Source: Crocosphaera subtropica ATCC 51142 (GTDB taxonomy: Bacteria > Cyanobacteriota > Cyanobacteriia > Cyanobacteriales > Microcystaceae). From it: 32,000 bases of DNA. Within the stretch, counting starts at the first letter, position 1. Each line of letters begins with the position of its first letter. Below are positions 17,272-25,831 of this stretch, piece after piece. The position numbers and the translations under genes are program-made. The notes below the pieces were generated by a model that worked only from the letters and a program-made list of their open reading frames with translations, was not told the origin of the DNA and did not search any database. Where the stretch lies: contig NC_010546.1 in NCBI RefSeq assembly GCF_000017845.1, forward strand, positions 3,120,001 through 3,152,000, written 5' to 3'.

Positions 17272-18990
17272 TTAACGCACTTGTTTGAGACTTTCGACCT
17301 TGTCAGTAAATAATTCAGTTAACAAACTGATGACGGTGCGTTCTTCTCGTACTTTAATATTAACGCTCACTGACATTCCTGATTGCAAAGGAATCTCTCT
17401 GCCATTGGTTTCGAGTAACTGACTATCTAATTGAACTGTAACGGGAAATCGGTAATAACGATCAATGTCGTCAGGGGGCAGAGCATCAGAGCCAATGGAG
17501 AGGACTTCTCCTTTAATATCCCCAAATTCACTAAAGGGAAAAGAATCAATTCTGACATCGCTTTTCATGCCTTGACGCACAAAGCCAATGTCTTGGTTCG
17601 TGACATTGACCTCTGCGACAAGATGGTCATCAGGAACAATTTTGAGTAGGGGTTCTGTTTGCGATGGAGGGGGGACAAAACCAGGAGAAGCTTGCAGGTC
17701 AAACACCGTTCCAGCAACCGGCGATCGCAATTCTTGATACTTTAAGGTGACTTGGGTGCTACTAATTTGACTATCGAGTTCGGCGATCCGTTTTTCATTA
17801 TCTACCACAATTTTCGTTAGCTGACTGTCAATATCAGCTATCTTTTGTTGATTATCGGCAATTTTATCCCTAATCTCCCTCTCTGCCAACGCAGTGGTAT
17901 TGGTCAGTTGAGCTTGGGCTTGGTTAATCGCCAGTTGCAATCGTTGTTGTTCTTCAAGCAGTTGCTCAATGGCAGCTAAACGATTTTGCACTTGCTGTTG
18001 TTGTTGTTCATATTCGATCGCTCCATTCCCTCGCTGTTCCACTAACGCAGCATAGCGATCATTAACTTGTTGTTGCTGTTCTTTAATCTGAAGTTTAGCG
18101 ATCGCTCCTTCTTCGAGTAACGGGCTAACATCGGCTAAAATTTCTTGTTCAATGCGTAAACTTTCTCTGGCTTGGGCTTGAGCCAATTGATTGCGAACAT
18201 TAATGTCTTCTAGCACTTGTTTATCTTTAGCCAATTGTACCCTTGCGTCTGCTAGTTGCACTTGATTTTGATTCAGTTGCTTCTGCAATTTTTGCACTTC
18301 TAACTGAGCAGTCGTAGCTCTAGAAACCACCTCGGTTCTTGTGGCTTGCAGTCTAGCCAATTGTTCTGGGGATAGGCTTAAGGCTTGGGTTCCCTCATTA
18401 ACCAGTCCTTCAAACAGACGAGTTTCCCCCACCAGGGAGGTACGGTTTCGAGCCAAATCAGCCACTTCTTTCGGTAATTTAAGTCTTGCGATCGCCTGTT
18501 CAACTTTAGCAGCGTCTAAGGACTGCTCCATCAGGGTTTGATAAAATTTATTTTCCTGTTGCAAAGTCTGGCGAATTTTTTTAAAGGAGGCTAATTGAGC
18601 AGTGGATGCAGTGGAGTCGAGTTTCAGTAACAATTGATTCTTCTTAACCCGTTCTCCATCTTCAACATAAACTTCTTGCACCACGCCATTGACAGGGGAC
18701 TGAATTTCTTTGACGCTTCCTTGGGGCTTTAATTGTCCTTGGGCCGGGATCACTTGCTCAATCTTCGCCACATTGGCCCAAACCAAACCGATAGTTGTCA
18801 CCCCTAAAATCGCACCAACCACAGCCCTTGACCAATGAGGGGTTTGTCTCAACATCACAGACCGATCAAAGCTGCGTTTAGGAGAAAACCGTCTGAGGGG
18901 CCAAGTAGATGACGGCGGAGAATCCAAAGAAGGGCTTATTGGTTCTTCAGATTGGGGACTATTACTAAGGTCATTTTGATAGCGATTCAT
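17272..18990 (-). CDS. HlyD-family type I secretion periplasmic adaptor.
   Basis: 572 aa. A single N-terminal TM (AVVGAILGVTTIGLVWA), a lipoyl-like motif (VKEIQSPVNGVVQEVYVEDGERVKKNQLLLKLD), a very long Q/L/A-rich coiled coil, and a C-terminal beta-barrel segment (GMSVSVNIK). Confidence 0.9.
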   Translation of the reverse strand: MNRYQNDLSNSPQSEEPISPSLDSPPSSTWPLRRFSPKRSFDRSVMLRQTPHWSRAVVGAILGVTTIGLVWANVAKIEQVIPAQGQLKPQGSVKEIQSPVNGVVQEVYVEDGERVKKNQLLLKLDSTASTAQLASFKKIRQTLQQENKFYQTLMEQSLDAAKVEQAIARLKLPKEVADLARNRTSLVGETRLFEGLVNEGTQALSLSPEQLARLQATRTEVVSRATTAQLEVQKLQKQLNQNQVQLADARVQLAKDKQVLEDINVRNQLAQAQARESLRIEQEILADVSPLLEEGAIAKLQIKEQQQQVNDRYAALVEQRGNGAIEYEQQQQQVQNRLAAIEQLLEEQQRLQLAINQAQAQLTNTTALAEREIRDKIADNQQKIADIDSQLTKIVVDNEKRIAELDSQISSTQVTLKYQELRSPVAGTVFDLQASPGFVPPPSQTEPLLKIVPDDHLVAEVNVTNQDIGFVRQGMKSDVRIDSFPFSEFGDIKGEVLSIGSDALPPDDIDRYYRFPVTVQLDSQLLETNGREIPLQSGMSVSVNIKVREERTVISLLTELFTDKVESLKQVR

Positions 18991-19032
18991 CGTAGGTTGT
19001 CTTTCCTTTCAATCTAGATACGTTTAATTTTG

Positions 19033-22000
19033 TTATTGTGAGACACGCTTCATCGATTTCTGTTTATTGTATAAAGCGTAGTAATGTTTTTTTCGCCTCA
19101 TTAAGTCTCCATGAGTCCCCTGCTCGACAATTTGGCCTGCTTCGAGCATGACAATCACATCTGCTGATTGCACTGAATTGAGACGGTGAGTGACAAAGAA
19201 AACCGTACAGTCTCGAAAGGCTTGGCTTAGATTCTTAAATACTTTTTGTTCTGTTTCATAGTCCAAGGCACTGGTGGCTTCATCCAAAACCAACAGCCGT
19301 GGCTTTTGCAATACAGTGCGAGCAATGGCAATGCGCTGTCGCTGTCCTCCTGAAAGAGTTGCTCCTCGTTCTCCCACCTTTGTGTCATAACCGTTGGGTA
19401 AGTTCATAATAAATTCGTGGGCTTCTGCAACTTGGGCTGCTTCAATAATTTCCTCTGACGAGGCTTCTGGATTCGCTAAAGCAATATTATCCCAAATGGT
19501 TCCCTCAAACAATAGGGAGTTTTGCAGTACCACCCCAATTTGACGACGCAGGGAATAAATTTCGACTTTGCCGATGTCATAGCCATCGATAAAAATCGCC
19601 CCTGAGTCGGGTTCGTACAGTCGAGATAATAACTTGGTGAGGGTACTTTTGCCGGCTCCGCTCGAACCAATAATGGCTGTAAAGGTGCCTGGGGCTAATT
19701 CGAGGTTAATGTCTTGTAATTGCCAAGGACCGTAAGATTGGAAGCGAAAGGAAACCCCTTGGTATTTCACTGCACCTTGGATTAAGGGCATGGGGATATT
19801 TCGGCGATCGCGTTCTGATTCTTGGGGGGTATCGGCAATATCGGCTAATCTTTCCAGGGAGAGGGCGGTTTCTTGGAAGTTTTGCCACAGTTGGCTTAAC
19901 CGTAGAATAGGAGAGGTCACATAACCGGCAATAATCCGAAAGGCGATCAATGCGCCTAGGGTTAATTCTCCTTCAAGAACTAAATAAGCCCCCACCCAAA
20001 TCACCAGTAAGCCTGAGACTTTATTCAAAAACTGCGTCCCCGCATTGGCCAAATTGGAGGTAATTACGGTTCTAAAACCAGTGGTCACATAACGAGCATA
20101 GCGTTCTTGCCATTCTTCACGCAGTTGATTTTCAATATTTTGGGCTTTGACGGTTTGTACCCCAGAGAGAACTTCTACTAAATGGGATTGGGTTTCGGCG
20201 TGACGTTGGGCTTTGAGTCGTAACTGTCGGCGAATGATGGGAGACACCAGTAAGGTTAGTCCCATAAATAGGGGAATGATACTCAAAGAAACCAGGGTTA
20301 ATAAGGGGCTATAAACGATCATCACCCCTAGATAAATAATAGAAAAAACCGCATCTAAGACCACGGTTAAGGCGGTTCCTGTCAAAAAGCGACGCACCCG
20401 TTCTAATTCATTAATACGAGTGGCAATTTCTCCGACGGGTTGTTTTTCAAAATAACTCAAGGGTAGCCGTAGCAAATGGTCAATCATTTCTGACCCAAGG
20501 CTCATATCAATGCGATTGCTGGTATCGGTAAATAAATAGGTTCTTAATGCAGATAGTAAAGCTTCAAAGATAGCCACGATGAGGAGAAAAACCCCCAATA
20601 CTTGTAGAGTGGCTGCGCTATTTTGGATAATGACTTTATCAATGATGACCTGAATCATCAAGGGATTGGCCAAGGCGAACAATTGCACAAAAAATGAGGC
20701 AATCAAGACTTCGATTAACACTCGACGATAACGGACAACGGAGGGCAAAAACCAACGGAGATCAAAGTGTTCACGGGGAGTATGACGAGGAGGAGATAAT
20801 AGCAACACCTCTTGTTCCGACTCTTGCCAATCTTCGGGTAAGTCTGCCAATGGCCAATGGAGAATCCCCTGTTGAGGAACCCCAAGAATTAGGTTGTGAC
20901 GGGTGATCTCATAAACGATCGCCAGGCTTCCTTGCCAATGAATTAAAAAAGGGGTGTGCAAGCGAGGGAACACATAGCCAGGAACCGTCATTTGTTGGGG
21001 ATTAAGTTCCATCAATTCCGCAATTATTCCACATCCCATCAAAGAAAGATGACTATGACGTTTCAACTGCTCGACTAAGATGCGTTGAATCACTTCCCGA
21101 CGAAAGGGGATATGGAAATAGAGACTGAGCATTTGAAAACAGGCAATCCCTATCTGTAAGGGGTTATTTCCTTGGACATAGGGGTAATTTCTCGGTAAAT
21201 TAGTCCTTCGTAACTCCCTAGGAATTTCTTGATAGTTGGCAATAAATTCCACTTCAGGGATGAGATAGGATTGTTTTGAGGGTACCATTGTTCCTGGGGC
21301 TGTTCCTTCCCCCATAGCCACCTCTGCTAACTGTCTCTCTTCTACGGCTAGTTGCACCGCAGGAACCCCCACTAACCGAACGGGTTCTGTGCCTTCTACC
21401 TCAATATGTTGCCAGGGTTGAAACCTGAGACAGCTACCCACAGGACAATTAGGGATTTTTCCTCCACTACTAATTAACCAACTTTGTTGAGGGTTATGTA
21501 AGTGAGGATGTTCGGCATAGAGTGATTCTCCTGGGGGTAAGTAGTAAATTTGAGTTTCTTCAAGGGCTAGGGCTGCTAAGGCTTTGAGATCGGTTTCTCC
21601 TTGAGCTTGTTGGGTTAGTTGATAACCCATTAATTCAAACAGTTCCACCAAGGCACAGCGATCGCATAGTTCTGCTTGTAAACTTGGATATTGTTCTAAA
21701 TATTCCTGAAAATCCCCCTCATCTACCATTAAACCAATGATTTCCGTTGAGGCAATGGCTGTCTCACAGCCGATCCCCCTGGCCAAATTCACCCAACCCA
21801 AAATTGACCCTGGCCCCACGATTTCTAAGGTAACAAACTGTTGGTTACAAGGATTAAACCCCAGAGTTCGTGCTTGTCCTTGGTATAGGATGACAATATA
21901 GGGAAGTTCCTCGTCTTTTCTAAAGATGACTTCTCCCATCGGATAACGAACAGGACGGACTCTTTGGGCTAACGCTGCGATCGCCGTTGGGGGAAGTTCT

Positions 22001-22056
22001 CCAAAAATGGGGTGTTTACTAAGAAATAATGTTATTTGTGGGATCAGGGAATTCAT
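19033..22056 (-). CDS. ABC exporter with an N-terminal cNMP-binding-like domain and a C39-like domain (HetC/bacteriocin-exporter architecture).
   Basis: 1007 aa. Residues ~15-125 have a CAP-effector-like fold pattern. Residues ~290-410 are C39-like (..LQIGIACFQMLSLYFHIPF...PFLIHWQGSLAIVYEI..). Six-TM ABC_membrane region. NBD with Walker A GSSGAGKST, signature LSGGQRQRIAIAR, Walker B LLVLDEATSALD, H-loop VTHRL. Confidence 0.9.
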   Translation of the reverse strand: MNSLIPQITLFLSKHPIFGELPPTAIAALAQRVRPVRYPMGEVIFRKDEELPYIVILYQGQARTLGFNPCNQQFVTLEIVGPGSILGWVNLARGIGCETAIASTEIIGLMVDEGDFQEYLEQYPSLQAELCDRCALVELFELMGYQLTQQAQGETDLKALAALALEETQIYYLPPGESLYAEHPHLHNPQQSWLISSGGKIPNCPVGSCLRFQPWQHIEVEGTEPVRLVGVPAVQLAVEERQLAEVAMGEGTAPGTMVPSKQSYLIPEVEFIANYQEIPRELRRTNLPRNYPYVQGNNPLQIGIACFQMLSLYFHIPFRREVIQRILVEQLKRHSHLSLMGCGIIAELMELNPQQMTVPGYVFPRLHTPFLIHWQGSLAIVYEITRHNLILGVPQQGILHWPLADLPEDWQESEQEVLLLSPPRHTPREHFDLRWFLPSVVRYRRVLIEVLIASFFVQLFALANPLMIQVIIDKVIIQNSAATLQVLGVFLLIVAIFEALLSALRTYLFTDTSNRIDMSLGSEMIDHLLRLPLSYFEKQPVGEIATRINELERVRRFLTGTALTVVLDAVFSIIYLGVMIVYSPLLTLVSLSIIPLFMGLTLLVSPIIRRQLRLKAQRHAETQSHLVEVLSGVQTVKAQNIENQLREEWQERYARYVTTGFRTVITSNLANAGTQFLNKVSGLLVIWVGAYLVLEGELTLGALIAFRIIAGYVTSPILRLSQLWQNFQETALSLERLADIADTPQESERDRRNIPMPLIQGAVKYQGVSFRFQSYGPWQLQDINLELAPGTFTAIIGSSGAGKSTLTKLLSRLYEPDSGAIFIDGYDIGKVEIYSLRRQIGVVLQNSLLFEGTIWDNIALANPEASSEEIIEAAQVAEAHEFIMNLPNGYDTKVGERGATLSGGQRQRIAIARTVLQKPRLLVLDEATSALDYETEQKVFKNLSQAFRDCTVFFVTHRLNSVQSADVIVMLEAGQIVEQGTHGDLMRRKKHYYALYNKQKSMKRVSQ

Positions 22057-22077
22057 TCTTAATAAGAATTATTCTTA
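22055..22077. promoter_or_regulatory. Array of three alternating ATTCTTA / TAAGAAT half-sites abutting the ABC exporter start codon (candidate operator).
   Basis: ATTCTTA (22055-61), TAAGAAT (22063-69), ATTCTTA (22071-77), forming two overlapping perfect palindromes. The same half-site recurs at 29453-29458, 29474-29484 and 29496-29502. Confidence 0.3.
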
Positions 22078-22233
22078 ATTTTTTCGTAAAACTAACGGAC
22101 ATTTGGGTTATGAGGACTGGGTTTGATTGATCTGTTAGTGAGTACAGATACTATGGTTCCTCAATGATTTTAAATGATTCAAGAATTAGGGTATGATAAC
22201 AAACTTTTGCAGTAAGTGTCACAAGAACTGCTA

Positions 22234-23520
22234 TCAGGACTGATCATAGTCAGGTAAACGAACTTCGACTTCTCGTAATGTCCGAAAAGCGTACCCTCCT
22301 AACCCCACTAAAAACATCCAGATAGCCGTCAGGGTATAAAGTAACGCAATACCTGAACCTGCTCCAGAACCGAATAACCCCCCGAACACACCAGCTAGTT
22401 TGCCTCCTGTTTCCATAGCCGGTTCAAACACATTATCTGCTAAAGGTCCAGCCATTAATGTAGCACCAGAGGCAATGATTAAACCAATGGTTTGATCCGC
22501 CCCTAAAACCCGTCCTTGCAGTTCTGGGGGAACCTTAGAATACCAAATAGCATTACTCGAACTATAAAACAAAGGAATATTGAGAGAGGCAAAAAAATGC
22601 GCCCCCATCCAGATCAAAGCACTTTGACCAACACCCATCGCTGTTTTAAACAAACCCGTTCCCATGAAACCCAGTAACATCCCATGAATGCGACGGGGAA
22701 ACCCACCCCAAATACTTAATAAAATGCCTCCTAAAACCCCTCCGATACCGGCGGCTGCGGTGACATTCCCTAAGACCTCCGCATTGCCCCCAGAACGGGC
22801 TAAAATCATGGGACTGTATAAGGCTTTGCCGATATCATTAGCCATGGCAAACAGAGAAAAAGCAATAACCATGGCCACTAAATTGGGTTTCGCTACAATA
22901 TAGCGCAAGCCAAAGGTTAATTTTTGCACAACTGTTTCTGACGATTCAGCCATAGTAAAGGTTGGTTGAGGGATCTTGGCTAACAATAATGTAGATAAAG
23001 CCACTATAAAGGTGATCAAATCAATGGAAATAATTCCCTGTAACCCAATCACAGGATAAAGACGACCGGCCAACGCAGGAGAAATAATGGCTGAACCATA
23101 ATTGACCGCAGCCACCATACTTTCTGCCCTTGTATAATTGCGTTTGGGAACCATTAGGGCAATAGACGTGGAATAAGCTAAGGTTTGAAGCTGCCCAAAC
23201 ACACTATAGATCGCCACTGCCACATATAAATGCCAAATTTGTAAACTTCCCTGAAGATGAAGGAGTGCGATCGCAATAGTGCAGACACCTGCCATTACGT
23301 CCCCTAAAATCATCAAATATTTACGGTTAACTCGGTCTACAATAATCCCGGCTACTGGTGTGACAAAAATTCGAGGGAGTTGAGAAAAGAAACCTACCAA
23401 AGTCAAGGCCGTTGCTGAATTGGTTAATTGCCAAATCCAGATTGTTAAGGCAAAAACCGTCATATAACTGCCGATGGTTGACACCATCTGACCAAACCAA
23501 ATTAAAAAAAAAGTAGGCAT
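22234..23520 (-). CDS. MFS transporter, EntS/MFS_3-like (putative metabolite or siderophore exporter).
   Basis: 428 aa with 12 predicted TMs. The N-terminus FFLIWFGQMVSTIGSYMTVFALTIWIW and the loop IIVDRVNRKYLM resemble the EntS/YbdA-type 'transmembrane secretion effector' family. Confidence 0.75.
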   Translation of the reverse strand: MPTFFLIWFGQMVSTIGSYMTVFALTIWIWQLTNSATALTLVGFFSQLPRIFVTPVAGIIVDRVNRKYLMILGDVMAGVCTIAIALLHLQGSLQIWHLYVAVAIYSVFGQLQTLAYSTSIALMVPKRNYTRAESMVAAVNYGSAIISPALAGRLYPVIGLQGIISIDLITFIVALSTLLLAKIPQPTFTMAESSETVVQKLTFGLRYIVAKPNLVAMVIAFSLFAMANDIGKALYSPMILARSGGNAEVLGNVTAAAGIGGVLGGILLSIWGGFPRRIHGMLLGFMGTGLFKTAMGVGQSALIWMGAHFFASLNIPLFYSSSNAIWYSKVPPELQGRVLGADQTIGLIIASGATLMAGPLADNVFEPAMETGGKLAGVFGGLFGSGAGSGIALLYTLTAIWMFLVGLGGYAFRTLREVEVRLPDYDQS

Positions 23521-23594
23521 GGAATTTATGTTCTAGGGTTGTTTTTTAGTCAAGATTCCGGTGAGGGGAAGTATGGGAAAAAATAACTCAACCT

Positions 23595-23631
23595 GAGTTC
23601 GGAGTCAGGAGGTCGGAAGTCGGAGTTAGAG
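23595..23631. repeat. Heptad-periodic intergenic repeat (GTTCGGA GTCAGGA GGTCGGA AGTCGGA GTTAGAG).
   Basis: The 7-nt periodicity can be read directly. The flanking 12-mer aacctgagttcg is also found at 1331-1342. Confidence 0.7.
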
Positions 23632-23706
23632 CATATGCAAGGAAACAATGGGGGTTTTAGGCAACGATTTGCTTAATCTTTGGGCTTATCCTGAATTAAC
23701 ATTAAC

Positions 23707-24798
23707 TCAAGGTTTAGAGATATCTTTTAAATCAGTCACGCAATACTGATCCACTTGACGGAGAGTGATATCTTTCCCTGAATACAGTGCAGTGTTAACT
23801 TGTCCACTGATTTCGATTTTGGCTTCATAGGTTTTGATAACATTATCTTTGACAAATTCTAAACGTACCCAGACCCCTGTGGCTTTTTGTACCCAGCGAT
23901 CGAGCAATAGGTGAAGCTGTTTAGAAGGAATAACTTGTAAAATTTGGTACACATAGGGAATTACTCCCTTTCCTTCGAGTTTAACCACTTTTCCCAGTTT
24001 AGGATAGGCAAACCAAGACCAACCTTCTTGTTGCCACAGTTCTCTTTCAACAATTTGAGCAAATTTGCCCATCCCTGCCCATCCCCGATAAAGTAGTCGT
24101 AAATTTTCAACCCTATCGGTCTGATCAATCAAGGCATCTAAAGAGTCTAAGGTTAAATGTCCCCAATAATGACCCTGAGGTAAATCAATTAATGTGGGCG
24201 CAAACTGATGACCCCCAAAATGACTAGACCGCCACACTCTTAAGGGTTTTTCAGGGTTTCCTGTATAGTTTGAGCGCAATTTTTTGTAAAGGGGATAGCC
24301 AAAACGACCACAAGCAAGATCCACATTAGCATGGGTACAAACTAATATTTCACGAATTTGACTGGTTTCTTGTCGATAAGAGTTCCAATTTTCTAATAGG
24401 TTTGATTGGCTAATTAATGATTTGACTAACGCCACTGCTAAAGGAATGAGTTGATCTTGAGGAACCATAAATTCCTGCTTTTCGTAGGTCGTAAATAATC
24501 TTGAGGGACGACGATAATAAAAGAGTCTAGCATAACCTGGTTGGGAATAATCTCGGTCAGGGGCGATCGCAATGGGTCGAATTTTAATGCCTTTTTTTAA
24601 TATTAGCTGTTTGAGTGTTTTAACCAAAGGTTGAAGTGTTTCGTCTTCTACCCACATAGCCGGTGACCAGGGCTGTTTAAGTTCTAAAATTAGCCAATGA
24701 TCATAAGTTCCTGCGGTTCCGATAGGATCTTGTTGGTTAGCTTGAGAAATGACTGAACAGTATTGACATTCTGTTTTGCTTTGTTTTGTTGATATCAT
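23707..24798 (-). CDS. Sucrase/ferredoxin-like family protein (thioredoxin-like [2Fe-2S], Apd1/Aim32-type ligand pattern).
   Basis: ILVCTHANVDLACGRFG gives C-x8-C and SSHFGGHQFAP gives H-x3-H. This is the ligand spacing described for bis-His [2Fe-2S] Apd1/Aim32 proteins and the core of the Suc_Fer-like family. Confidence 0.65.
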   Translation of the reverse strand: MISTKQSKTECQYCSVISQANQQDPIGTAGTYDHWLILELKQPWSPAMWVEDETLQPLVKTLKQLILKKGIKIRPIAIAPDRDYSQPGYARLFYYRRPSRLFTTYEKQEFMVPQDQLIPLAVALVKSLISQSNLLENWNSYRQETSQIREILVCTHANVDLACGRFGYPLYKKLRSNYTGNPEKPLRVWRSSHFGGHQFAPTLIDLPQGHYWGHLTLDSLDALIDQTDRVENLRLLYRGWAGMGKFAQIVERELWQQEGWSWFAYPKLGKVVKLEGKGVIPYVYQILQVIPSKQLHLLLDRWVQKATGVWVRLEFVKDNVIKTYEAKIEISGQVNTALYSGKDITLRQVDQYCVTDLKDISKP

Positions 24799-25199
24799 TA
24801 TTCTAAGTCCCTGGACAAAGATAAAGGCTACAGTTGAGAAGAGGCAGGGGGCAGGAGGTCATTTAAAATGTGTAAATAATTCTGTTTAGGTACTTAAGAG
24901 TGTCTCTCATAACACTAAACAATATTAGAAGACTTTTGAGGTAATAGACGAGAATGAATCATCGATAAATCGGGTTGAACATAGGATAAATGTTCCTTGA
25001 CCGATGTTGCTGATTGTTCACGTTTTTGTAGATGAGTTTTTAATTGCTTATTTCTAAAACTTCTTATTTATAACACAAGCTTCCAGCTTATATCAATCCA
25101 ACAATCATGATAATTGTGTTACTTGTTTGCGTCATTTATTATCATACAATGATAAGTCCTGTCAATTTAATGAGGTGGTACAAATTTCTAAGTTACGCT

Positions 25200-25333
25200 T
25201 TTTTATCTCTTCAAAATCCTAAAGCAGATACCACAAAATTAGCAAGAGAAATTGATGAGTATTGTATGAATGGTATGAGTTTAATGAGAAGGAGATTGCT
25301 ATAATTGAACAAGCTACTCATAGGAAAAACTAA
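25200..25333 (+). pseudogene. Frameshifted C-terminal remnant of a restriction-modification-type (type IIG/Eco57I/BREX-like) methyltransferase.
   Basis: One frame reads ..LSLQNPKADTTKLAREIDE up to 25259. After 2 nt, a second frame reads LYEWYEFNEKEIAIIEQATHRKN* (25262-25333). Joined, this reproduces the conserved tail pattern aDt..le.eID.lvY.LY.lt.eEI.iiE. The TAA overlaps the hicB ATG (TAATG). The 5' limit is uncertain. Confidence 0.45.
25300..25305 (+). promoter_or_regulatory. Possible -10 box (TATAAT) for hicBA.
   Basis: A perfect TATAAT lies 28 nt upstream of the hicB ATG. The only -35 candidate is weak (GAGTTT at 17-nt spacing). Confidence 0.3.
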
Positions 25334-25548
25334 TGACTCAATCCTTTAATGTCATTATCGAAAAAGATTCGGACGGTTACTTAGTCGCATCTGTTCCCAG
25401 TTTAAAAGGATGTCATACACAAGCTAAAAGTTATGACGAGTTAATAGAACGTATTCAAGAAGCCATTGAACTTTGCTTAGAAATGGAAAACGAAGAATTT
25501 GAACCTTTAGAATTTATTGGGGTACAACGAGTAACTATTAAACAATGA
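25333..25548 (+). CDS. hicB: HicB-family antitoxin (UPF0150).
   Basis: 71 aa. FNVIIEKDSDGYLVASVPSLKGCHTQAKSYDELIERIQEAIELCLE is the HicB N-terminal fold signature. It overlaps hicA by 4 nt (ATGA). Confidence 0.85.
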   Translation: MTQSFNVIIEKDSDGYLVASVPSLKGCHTQAKSYDELIERIQEAIELCLEMENEEFEPLEFIGVQRVTIKQ

Positions 25549-25769
25549 GTAATATTCCAGCAGTTACAGGCAAGAAAATGATTTCAGCCTTAAAAAAAGC
25601 AGGTTTTATTGTGGCTAGAGTTAAGGGAAGTCATCATTTTCTAATCCATTCCGATGGGAGAAGAACGGTTATTCCAGTTCATGGTAAAGAAACGATAGGG
25701 AAAGGCTTATTTGCTCAAATTTTACGAGATTGTGAGTTAACTGTTAATGAGTTTATCGATTTACTGTAG
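25545..25769 (+). CDS. hicA: HicA-family mRNA interferase toxin.
   Basis: 74 aa. GKKMISALKKAGFIVARVKGSHHFLIHSDGRRTVIPVHGKETIGKGLFAQILRD matches the YcfA/HicA pattern, including the GSHH catalytic His region. Confidence 0.85.
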   Translation: MSNIPAVTGKKMISALKKAGFIVARVKGSHHFLIHSDGRRTVIPVHGKETIGKGLFAQILRDCELTVNEFIDLL

Positions 25770-25831
25770 CAAGATAAATTATAAAATAGAAGTCAGAAAT
25801 CAGCATTCAAATCACATTTTTTCCCTGCTTG

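Noticed and set aside
2116-20906. Many 60-117 aa ORFs nested inside or antisense to the large genes (for example 2116..2361, 2269..2451, 2816..3001, 3109..3372, 3740..3988, 6877..7089, 7768..8093, 8548..9020, 11785..12024, 13154..13360, 13436..13789, 14018..14200, 14883..15297, 16523..16767, 17431..17649, 18341..18541, 19476..19888, 20694..20906).
   Set aside because: These are shadow ORFs fully overlapped by long ORFs with clear family motifs. They have no recognisable motifs and their composition is biased.
19033-22233. A bacteriocin or lanthipeptide-type system (C39 ABC exporter plus a double-glycine precursor).
   Set aside because: I found no small ORF with a GG/GA leader in the flanking intergenic regions on either strand. 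The only candidates are 6-26 codon ORFs without leader features. The C39-like domain also appears to lack its catalytic triad.
25103-25165. Fur-box-like AT-rich palindromes (AATCATGATAATTGT and ATTATCATACAATGATAAG), which would have supported iron regulation.
   Set aside because: The best by-hand alignments to GATAATGATAATCATTATC give only 11-12 of 19 matches in already AT-rich DNA. The sites are more than 300 bp from the nearest minus-strand start and lie inside the decayed methyltransferase remnant. The regions upstream of exbB (4586-4693, 9/19) and the NRPS genes score no better. This is not enough to call Fur control.
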